Positions 28,098-35,204 of a stretch of 64,000 nt of DNA are shown here, one piece after another. Under the pieces are notes generated by a model, which searched no databases, was not told the origin of the DNA, and saw only the letters and a list, made by a program, of their open reading frames with translations. Position 1 is the stretch's first letter; each line of letters starts with the position of its first letter. This stretch comes from Candidatus Woesearchaeota archaeon (GTDB lineage: Archaea > Nanobdellota > Nanobdellia > Woesearchaeales > UBA10216). Location of the stretch: assembly GCA_002688315.1 (NCBI GenBank), contig NZCN01000015.1, forward strand, positions 2,137 to 66,136, given 5' to 3'. The position numbers and the translations under genes are program-made.

Positions 28098-28329
28098 ATG
28101 AAAAAAAATTTATTACCATTCGAACGATTTGAAAGAGAAGTAATCATGAAAAAAGAAGCGGAAACTAGCAGCAGTTACGGTTGCAACCCTGACGAAAGAA
28201 GCGCTGACGAGCTAATTAATTTTGGCATCATAAACCTTGACAAACCTTCAGGACCAAGCTCACATCAAGTTTCTGCTTATATCAAACAAATTCTTGGCAT
28301 TAAAAAAGCCGGTCACTCTGGGACTCTAG
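28098..28329 (+). CDS. cbf5: tRNA/rRNA pseudouridine synthase Cbf5, exon 1 (ends in the first two bases of the catalytic Asp codon)
   Basis: Contains ...INLDKPSGPSSHQVSAYIKQILGIKKAGHSGTL. Start re-picked to ATG 28098, just after GGAGGTG. The unspliced frame runs into a stop at 28332. Confidence 0.85.
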
Positions 28330-28342
28330 AATAAAAGGAGAC
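28330..28342 (+). other. 13-nt BHB-type mini-intron in cbf5 (aataaaaggagac)
   Basis: Removal restores GTL-D-PKVTG and a 331-codon frame. The flanks form GGGA-CTCT / GGAG-aca-TCCC, with 3-nt bulges on opposite strands of a 4-bp helix. Both cuts fall after the second bulge nucleotide. Confidence 0.7.
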
Positions 28343-29103
28343 ATCCCAAAGTAACAGGAGTTCTGCCAGTAGCTTTAGGCAGAGCCACAAGAATAGTTCA
28401 AGTGCTTCTTACAGCAGGAAAAGAATACGTGTGCGTAATGCAGCTCCACAAAAACGTTGAAGAGGTAAAGCTTAGAAAAGTATGCGAAGAATTTGTTGGA
28501 AAAATAAAACAATTACCTCCTGTAAAAAGCGCTGTGGTAAGAAAACTTAGGGAAAGAACTATCTATTATATAGACATAATTGAAATCAGCGGAAAATACG
28601 TGCTGTTCAGAGTTGGTTGTGAAGCAGGAACATACATAAGAAAACTTGTTTCAGACATTGGAAGCAAAATAGGAGGAGCGCACATGCTTGAGTTAAGAAG
28701 AACCAAAGCAGGACCGTTCAAAGAAGAAGAAATTTTCACCTTACATGATGTCATGGACAGCTACCATTATTATAGAAAAGAATCAAACGAAAAATATTTG
28801 AGAAAAGTCATACTTCCAATAGAAGCAGCAGTTGCGCACCTTCCAAAAGTTTGGATTCTTGACGGAGCAGTTGATAGTGTCTGCCATGGAATGAGCTTAA
28901 AAATGCCTGGCATAAGCAAATTTGAAAACCACATAAGAAAAAAAGATATTGTAGCAATTATGACGCTGAAAAACGAGCTTGTTTGCTACGGGATAGCAAC
29001 TGTCGACTCGAAAAAAATGCAGACAGGAAGAACAGGAGTAACTGTAAAACCAGACGCTGTTTTTATGAAGATAGGAACTTATCCTTCTAAGAAACATGAA
29101 TAA
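28343..29103 (+). CDS. cbf5: Cbf5, exon 2 (TruB core continuation and PUA domain)
   Basis: (D)PKVTGVLPVALGRATRIVQVLLTAGKEYVCVMQLH...AGTYIRKLVSDIG...LPKVWILDGAVDSVCHG... matches archaeal Cbf5 along its whole length. Confidence 0.9.
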
Positions 29104-29113
29104 ACTTATTTTA

Positions 29114-29407
29114 CTAATCCACAGTAAACAAATTAGAACTGCTATCAACTTTGAAAAGTCCTGCTCTTGCCCCTGCATCTAACCAAGCATGAGCGTAACT
29201 TGCAGCTGCCAATGCAGTCAGCAAATCGCCTTTTTTCCGGAAATGTTTAGCGTCGGAAAGATAATTCTTAGCCATAGAAAGAAAATCCTGTGCAACCTCT
29301 TGCTTGACAGACGGAAGCTCAACTAAAGTGATTGCTTTCTCTGTCATTGCAAAGTATTTGTCCAGCTTTTTGTTTATTTCTTCTTCTGATATTGACATAG
29401 AAATCAT
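29114..29407 (-). CDS. DUF357-like small helical protein
   Basis: The 97-aa ORF has ...GDLLTALAAASYAHAWLDAGARAGL, a motif I associate with the archaeal DUF357 family. This identification is from memory. Confidence 0.55.
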   Translation of the reverse strand: MISMSISEEEINKKLDKYFAMTEKAITLVELPSVKQEVAQDFLSMAKNYLSDAKHFRKKGDLLTALAAASYAHAWLDAGARAGLFKVDSSSNLFTVD

Positions 29408-29430
29408 GAATAAACTGTTGTTTTTAAGGG

Positions 29431-29877
29431 TTATGCACTTTCAGGCGGAGGTACGTATTTATACCCTAAGCCATATCTATTAATTATAAGTTGAGGATTG
29501 CTTGGATCTGATTCAAGTTTCAATCTTACGTTTTTCGCATGCGTGGCCAAAGCTTGTCTATCTCTTAGATTAAAAAGAGGAATACTTGTAATAGCTTCAT
29601 AGCATTCTCCTTGCGAGAAAAATATGCCAGGGTTTGATACTAATGTTGATAAAAAACGATATTCAGATGGAGTAAGTCCAACAGGTTCTCCTCGCACACT
29701 TATGGTTACTGATTCTTCATACATAGTTATTTCTGGATCTGAATAAAAAGGAATAACTCCATTTTCAGGAGCAACTTCAGCTATTAAAACATCTTCCAAA
29801 TCAGTACCTTTTACTGTTTTCAAAACTGCATCAACCTGTTCTTGCGTTCCAAAAAAATACATTGGTTTTTTAGACAT
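29431..29877 (-). CDS. protein with C-terminal OmpR/PhoB-type winged-helix DNA-binding domain
   Basis: LTPSEYRFLSTLVSNPGIFFSQGECYEAI...HAKNVRLKLE...NRYGLGYKY follows the trans_reg_C pattern. The N-terminal half is not receiver-like. Confidence 0.6.
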   Translation of the reverse strand: MSKKPMYFFGTQEQVDAVLKTVKGTDLEDVLIAEVAPENGVIPFYSDPEITMYEESVTISVRGEPVGLTPSEYRFLSTLVSNPGIFFSQGECYEAITSIPLFNLRDRQALATHAKNVRLKLESDPSNPQLIINRYGLGYKYVPPPESA

Positions 29878-29911
29878 TATGAATTTTGGAACTTTCCATC
29901 CATTTATAAGG

Positions 29912-30643
29912 TTAATTGTGCCAGTTTATTTTATTCAAAACCCAGTCAGAAACAAGATTTATTAATTGCTCGAAATGATTTGCATCAGAATAACGGTGGT
30001 CAGCATCTTCAATTATTTCGAGCTTTTTTTCGCAATTTAAATGTTTGATTAATTCTTTGCTTTGCTCAACAGGAACATCAACATCATTACTTCCATGCAC
30101 GATAATTGTTGGAGTTTTTATTTTCTCAGCAGTTTTGTAGATGTCATACTTTGCAGAGTCGTCAAAAAACTGTTGTTGCTTGTTTCTTGCTACCAAAGGA
30201 ACTTCTTTTATTCCACTGTAATCAGATACAGGAGATTTCAATGCCAAAACTTTCAAATCTTTTTCAGCAGCAAATAAAACAGCAACAGAACCACTAAAAC
30301 TACTGCCTAACAAAGCAATTTTATTTTTATCAACATTTTCAATGTTTTTCACAAAATTAAATGCAGCGTTCAAATCATCAATACCTTGCGTTATTGTTAA
30401 TTGATAAAGTTCGCCTTCACTCTCACCGCAACCAGTAAAGTCAAATCCAAAAGAAGCAATTCCTTTTTCCAGCAATTGCCGGGATAATGCAGAACGTGTT
30501 TTACTTTTTGTATTGCTGGCATAGCCATGGCAAATAATCACGATAGGAAAATTTTCTGAATCTGGAATTGTAACGACGCCGTGCAGTTTTCTTCCTTTGC
30601 TGTTAGTAAACATTACATCTTTTTCCATTTTTGCATCAAACAA
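29912..30643 (-). CDS. alpha/beta hydrolase (S9/dienelactone hydrolase-like)
   Basis: Contains HGYAS, the nucleophile elbow LLGSSFSG, and a C-terminal DHRY. Confidence 0.8.
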   Translation of the reverse strand: MFDAKMEKDVMFTNSKGRKLHGVVTIPDSENFPIVIICHGYASNTKSKTRSALSRQLLEKGIASFGFDFTGCGESEGELYQLTITQGIDDLNAAFNFVKNIENVDKNKIALLGSSFSGSVAVLFAAEKDLKVLALKSPVSDYSGIKEVPLVARNKQQQFFDDSAKYDIYKTAEKIKTPTIIVHGSNDVDVPVEQSKELIKHLNCEKKLEIIEDADHRYSDANHFEQLINLVSDWVLNKINWHN

Positions 30644-30878
30644 AAGTTATTTTTCCTTTTTTATTAATCAGCACTGTAACTTTAAAATCTAATTCTCCGT
30701 TGTAAAATCTTATTTTTTTCTTAAATGTTTTTTTATTTTTAATTATAGTTGCTTTAAACCCGAGCTTTAAAAAATATTCTTTCAAATCCAAAGCAATTAT
30801 TTTTCGCATAAGCAAAAAATCATTCTTATATTTATCAAAATCAAGAATTCTGTTGTTGACAACGATAAATCGTTCCAT
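30636..30878 (-). CDS. hypothetical protein (80 aa)
   Basis: The ORF overlaps the hydrolase start by 8 nt. No motif recognised. Confidence 0.4.
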   Translation of the reverse strand: MERFIVVNNRILDFDKYKNDFLLMRKIIALDLKEYFLKLGFKATIIKNKKTFKKKIRFYNGELDFKVTVLINKKGKITFV

Positions 30879-30891
30879 TTTTAATCATAAA

Positions 30892-30967
30892 GGCGCCTGA
30901 GTTTCAGGCGCCAAACGTCAGAAGCTTTAGCTTCTGATCGTGATCAGAAACGCTTTAGCGTTTCTGA
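30892..30967. repeat. three consecutive perfect stem-loops / palindromes
   Basis: GGCGCCTGA-gtt-TCAGGCGCC (30892..30912), TCAGAAGC-ttta-GCTTCTGA (30918..30937) and TCAGAAACGC-ttta-GCGTTTCTGA (30944..30967). They are separated by 5 and 6 nt. Confidence 0.75.
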
Positions 30968-31049
30968 CATGCCAAGGGAATGTGCAAAAATTTTATAAAC
31001 TATTATCAATCAAATAACTAATTCGACGAGGGATGATTGTGCTAGGCTT

Positions 31050-31118
31050 TGTGAGCCAGTCAGGGGACTCGACCCCCTGCTCGGGTTGTCAACTCTTTGC
31101 TCCATCCATTGAGCTACG
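31050..31118 (-). pseudogene. tRNA-like fragment (D-arm and T-arm recognisable, no foldable acceptor or anticodon stem)
   Basis: The minus strand reads TA-GCTC-AATGGATG-GAGC-A-AAGAG-TTGACAA... then AGGGG-GTCGAGT-CCCCT. The 5' AAGAG has no partner, and the 7 nt before TA do not pair with the 3' end. Confidence 0.4.
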
Positions 31119-31150
31119 TTTTCTTTATTTTTCATTTTCTTTGATTTTAA

Positions 31151-31255
31151 TGGCGCCGCGGCTGGGGTTTTCGCCCAGAGATGAGTATCGAACCCAGATG
31201 CCTTCCCAGGCAGAGTGGTATCAACACTCCACGCTTCCAATTGCGCGTCCGCGGC
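31151..31255 (-). tRNA. class-II tRNA (long variable arm, G73, encoded CCA) with anticodon GAU and a 19-nt T-loop intron (31168..31186)
   Basis: Acceptor GCCGCGG/CCGCGGC, D-arm GCGC-AATTGGAA-GCGT. Perfect anticodon stem GAGTG/CACTC with loop TTGATAC (anticodon 31220..31222). Variable arm TGCC-TGGGAA-GGCA, T-arm CTGGG-TTCGAT|C-CCCAG with BHB central helix TTCG/CGAA, then G-CCA. Confidence 0.6.
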
Positions 31256-31295
31256 ATAAAAAGCTTTAAATATCTGTTATTCCCTCTCTTTTGTT

Positions 31296-31325
31296 GGTAT
31301 CAACACTCTGCGCTCCTAATTGCGC
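31296..31325 (-). pseudogene. partial copy of the preceding tRNA (D-arm to anticodon loop only)
   Basis: The minus strand GCGC-AATTAGGA-GCGC-A-GAGTG-TTGATAC-CA parallels 31217..31246. It lacks an acceptor strand and a 3' half. The flank ttcattttcttt is also repeated near 31125. Confidence 0.5.
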
Positions 31326-31494
31326 ATTTTTTCTTTTCATTTTCTTTTAACAGAAGTAGTGGTTTAAATACCCTATCCGTGCATGTCCAGTGCTAATGGT
31401 CAAAAGGGCTGAAAGCCCAATTTTTAGAGGTTTCAGGGCTTGAAAGCTTATTGCGCAAATCTTCCGGATTGTCCAGTGGTTTATTCGGAATTAT

Positions 31495-33285
31495 CTAAGA
31501 ATATTGTTTAACTTTTTGAGTATAAACATTATTTTCTGGTTGTAAAGAAGATGCTGTCAGGAAGTTTTGTCTTGCTTTGGTTGTTTCTTCAAGAGCTTCG
31601 TATATAATACCTAGATTGTAGTAAGCTTCATGGTTCCATGGGTTTAATTGAATGGATCTTTCAAACAAAGAAATAGCAACTGTTAAATTTCCTTGCTGTG
31701 CATAAACAATTCCTAAATCACTGTACGATTTATAATATCTTGGTTCGACTATTATCGCTTTTTCAAAACTTTGCTTAGCTTGATCAGAAAAAAAATCTCT
31801 TTGCTCAGGTATTTCAAGAGAAGCATAATAATAAGTTAAACCTAACGAGTCGTATGCTTTAACATAGGACGGGTTGTTGTTGATTGCTGAAATAAACGCA
31901 TCAGTTGCTTTGCCATAATTTTTTTGTTTCATATAAACAATACCCAGGTTATAATGAGCTTTTTCGTTTAAAGGGTCAAGAGAAACAGCAGTTGATAATG
32001 CTGATTTAGAGTCAACTAAACGGTTATTTTGTTCATAGGCAAATCCCAAGTTGCTCCATACAACAGATGTTTTTGAAGATGTTTTAGAAGTTTCCTCCCA
32101 TAAAGTTAAATCATTTTTCCAGTCAGCATTTCTGTCAATAGTAATAAAAAGAAAAGATGTTATAACCGCAACAGACAGTAATAAAGATACAGTTTTCTTT
32201 TTTGGAATTTTAAAGAAAAAGTAAGAGAATAAAATTGCCGAGCTAACAGAAGGAAGATATAAGTAACGGTCTGCCATAAGAGTTTGAAGCGGAAGAATAT
32301 TTGAGAAAGGCAAAAACGTAATGAAAAACCAGCCAATTGAAAAAGCAAGCAGCTTATTTCTTTTATAATATTTTATCGCGATGAAAGAAACCGCCAATAT
32401 AACCAGCAGCGAGAAAATAACCATTGGGTCAAAAAGAGATGTGCTTGTTTTTATTTCCCGGTAAAGCGTTAACGGATAAGGAATAAAAATAAGGTAAAAA
32501 TAGTAAAAAACAATTTTAATCATAGTTAGAAAAGTAGTAAAGAAACTGCCGGTTACGTATTCATTTGTTCTTGCACCAAGACCTATTACAATAAATCTAA
32601 AATAAACAAAGATAGCAGTAACTGCAAAAAATGAAGCAAGCCTGTAAATTTGTTTCTTATGCTTTTCAAAATCAAATGTTAAATTATTGAATACTATTTC
32701 ATACAATAACAAAAGGGGCGGTAAAATAAAAGCTTCTTCTGAAGAAAATAATGCTGCTATGAATGACATTACTGACACAATCAAATAACCTTTTTTTTGA
32801 TTTTGTCTGTAAAGAATGTAAAGATAAAATGAAAGCAAAATTAACGCTATTCCAAGCAAATCAAATCCGCCAGTCATGTTAGTTACACGTTCTGTATGGA
32901 TGGGATGGACAGCAAATATTGATGCTGCAACTACTGGAATAAATTTGTGGCTTGTTAATCTAGTCAAAATCAGCAGAACAAGTATTGAATTTAAAGTATG
33001 CCAAAGTAAACTGTTTAGATGGTAACCAAACTTGTTATCTCCCCAAACAGAATAAGTGAATGCGTACAGCGTTGTTCGCAAAGGTCTATAAAGGCCATCG
33101 GTAGTATCGAAGAAAAAAACAGGGATATTATTTAGGGAACGAATGCCTATGTTTTCCTGAATAAATTTTTTGTCATCCCATACAAAATCGTTAGTGAAAG
33201 AGTTAGCATAAGTAACTGCTGAAAACAAAGTCACTATAAGAATAAAAAATAGTTTTTGTTGCATCTGCAATAAGAAAAAGCCCAT
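31495..33285 (-). CDS. polytopic membrane protein (GT-C/PMT-like) with C-terminal TPR repeats
   Basis: There are about 11 TM segments. After them come at least five TPR-like units (AHYNLGIVYMKQKNYGKA..., AYYNLGIIYEALEE...). Confidence 0.8.
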   Translation of the reverse strand: MGFFLLQMQQKLFFILIVTLFSAVTYANSFTNDFVWDDKKFIQENIGIRSLNNIPVFFFDTTDGLYRPLRTTLYAFTYSVWGDNKFGYHLNSLLWHTLNSILVLLILTRLTSHKFIPVVAASIFAVHPIHTERVTNMTGGFDLLGIALILLSFYLYILYRQNQKKGYLIVSVMSFIAALFSSEEAFILPPLLLLYEIVFNNLTFDFEKHKKQIYRLASFFAVTAIFVYFRFIVIGLGARTNEYVTGSFFTTFLTMIKIVFYYFYLIFIPYPLTLYREIKTSTSLFDPMVIFSLLVILAVSFIAIKYYKRNKLLAFSIGWFFITFLPFSNILPLQTLMADRYLYLPSVSSAILFSYFFFKIPKKKTVSLLLSVAVITSFLFITIDRNADWKNDLTLWEETSKTSSKTSVVWSNLGFAYEQNNRLVDSKSALSTAVSLDPLNEKAHYNLGIVYMKQKNYGKATDAFISAINNNPSYVKAYDSLGLTYYYASLEIPEQRDFFSDQAKQSFEKAIIVEPRYYKSYSDLGIVYAQQGNLTVAISLFERSIQLNPWNHEAYYNLGIIYEALEETTKARQNFLTASSLQPENNVYTQKVKQYS

Positions 33286-33372
33286 AGCTTATATTTTTTT
33301 ATGTTTATTGCTTTCTTTCGTAGCTTTTGATATCAACAAAAGCTTTATATACGAAAAAATAAAAAAAGAATT

Positions 33373-34227
33373 GTGAAACCGATAACTGACATCAAAAAAC
33401 TTGAGAAGAAAGCCAATCTCATCAGGCAAGACCTGATAAATATGCTTCTCAAGGCAGGCTCAGGCCATTCTGCTGGATCGCTTGACATGGCAGATGTTTT
33501 TACTGCGCTTTATTTTAACATACTCAATCACAATCCAAAACAGCCATTGTGGACGGATAGAGACAGACTGTTTTTGTCATGCGGCCATATTGTTCCAATA
33601 AGATATGCAGCAATGGCGCACGCAGGATACTTTCCTCGGTCTGAGCTTAATACTCTAAGAAAGCTTGGAACAAAACTGCAAGGACATCCTGAACGAACAA
33701 TGCTTCCGAGCATGGAGAGCACTTCAGGACCTCTTGGTTCTGGCTTAGCACAAGCAGCAGGCTATGCTTATGCTGCTAGAATGGATAATAAAAAATTTCG
33801 AGTTTACTGCGTAACTTCAGATGGCGAACATGATGCAGGAAATCATTGGGAAGCTGTCTTGTTTGCAGGGAAGAATAAGCTTTCAAACTTAACAGCAATC
33901 ATTGACAGAAATAACATACAGATTGACGGGCATACAGAAGATATAATGCCTCTAGAGCCATTAGAAGACAAATACAAAGCGTTTAACTGGCATGTTTTGC
34001 ACATTGACGGCCATAATTTCCAGGAGATACTTGATGCTGTTAAGCATGCAAAAGCAGTTTATGAAAAGCCTACTGTTATTATTGCGCATACAATTCCTGG
34101 CAAAGGAATTTCTTTCATGGAAAACTTGCCTGAATGGCATGGCAAGCCACCAAAAGAAGATGAAGCTAAAAAAGCAATTGAAGAACTAAAAGCTGCAGAA
34201 AAAAAAATAGATGAGGAGCAAGAATGA
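33373..34227 (+). CDS. transketolase, N-terminal (TPP-binding) subunit
   Basis: Contains GSGHSAGSLDMADV, GHPE and SDGEHDAGNHWEA. GTG start. Separate N and C subunits are normal in archaea. Confidence 0.93.
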   Translation: MKPITDIKKLEKKANLIRQDLINMLLKAGSGHSAGSLDMADVFTALYFNILNHNPKQPLWTDRDRLFLSCGHIVPIRYAAMAHAGYFPRSELNTLRKLGTKLQGHPERTMLPSMESTSGPLGSGLAQAAGYAYAARMDNKKFRVYCVTSDGEHDAGNHWEAVLFAGKNKLSNLTAIIDRNNIQIDGHTEDIMPLEPLEDKYKAFNWHVLHIDGHNFQEILDAVKHAKAVYEKPTVIIAHTIPGKGISFMENLPEWHGKPPKEDEAKKAIEELKAAEKKIDEEQE

Positions 34228-35204
34228 TTAATCCTGAAGCAAAACTATCAAAGAAACTGCTCACAAAAGAAGTAGACATGGTTCCTACCAGAAACGGTTA
34301 TGGTGAGGGCTTAGTTGAAGCTGGGGAAAAAGATAAAAGAATTGTTGCTTTATGCGCAGATTTAACAGAGTCTACACGAACACAAGCTTTCGCAGAAGAA
34401 TTCCCTAAACGTTTTATAGAGGTTGGAGTTGCTGAGCAACTTCTTATAACTGTTGCTGCTGGAATGGCGAACTATGGTAAAATTCCATTCATTACTTCTT
34501 ACGCTGCATTCTCTCCAGGAAGAAACTGGGAACAAATAAGAACAACAGCTGCACTAAATGACGTGCCAGTAAAAATAGGAGGAATGCATGCCGGCATTTC
34601 TGTAGGGCCTGACGGAGCAACTCACCAAGCTTTAGAGGATATGGCAACAATGCGCTCAATTCCCAACATGATTGTTATTGCTCCAACTGATTCAATAGAA
34701 TCAAAAAAAGCTACGATAGCTGCAACAAAACATAAAGGGCCTGTTTACATGCGATTTGGAAGAGAAAAAGTTCCTGTTGTCACAACAAAAAAAACACCTT
34801 TTAAGATCGGAAAAGCAGAAGTATTTAGAGACGGAAAAGATGTAGCTGTGATTGCCTGCGGTTCACTGGTGTATGAAGCATTAATGGCTGCTGAACAATT
34901 AAAAGGCCAAGTAGACGTCATGGTTGTGAATAATCATACTATAAAGCCAATCGATGTTGAAACAATAACAGCTGCTGCTAAAAAAACAGGAGCAGTTGTA
35001 ACAGCAGAAGAACACCAAATCAATGGAGGCATGGGCAGTGCTGTAATGGAAGTTCTTGGAGAACACATGCCTGTCCCTGTTAAACGCGTTGGTATTAAAG
35101 ACCTTTTCGGGCAATCCGGAGAACCAGATGAGCTGATGGACCTTTACGGCCTTAAAAGCAAAGACATAATTGCTGCAATAAAAGAAGTTGTCAAAAGAAA
35201 ATGA
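34224..35204 (+). CDS. transketolase, C-terminal (pyrimidine-binding) subunit
   Basis: Contains FIEVGVAEQ and GPDGATHQALEDMATMRSIPNM. It overlaps the N-terminal subunit gene by 4 nt. Confidence 0.93.
   Translation: MINPEAKLSKKLLTKEVDMVPTRNGYGEGLVEAGEKDKRIVALCADLTESTRTQAFAEEFPKRFIEVGVAEQLLITVAAGMANYGKIPFITSYAAFSPGRNWEQIRTTAALNDVPVKIGGMHAGISVGPDGATHQALEDMATMRSIPNMIVIAPTDSIESKKATIAATKHKGPVYMRFGREKVPVVTTKKTPFKIGKAEVFRDGKDVAVIACGSLVYEALMAAEQLKGQVDVMVVNNHTIKPIDVETITAAAKKTGAVVTAEEHQINGGMGSAVMEVLGEHMPVPVKRVGIKDLFGQSGEPDELMDLYGLKSKDIIAAIKEVVKRK

Noticed and set aside
28311-28350. The cbf5 break could be a pseudogene, a sequencing indel or a programmed frameshift
   Set aside because: Both halves are otherwise intact and highly conserved. 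The insert is not a homopolymer slip, and its removal restores the catalytic motif to the exact nucleotide. Its flanks form a BHB with both cut sites in the canonical bulge positions. An assembly artefact still needs excluding with reads.
33373-35204. Transketolase split into two ORFs as a sign of gene decay
   Set aside because: Separate N- and C-terminal transketolase subunits with a 4-nt overlap are the normal archaeal arrangement.
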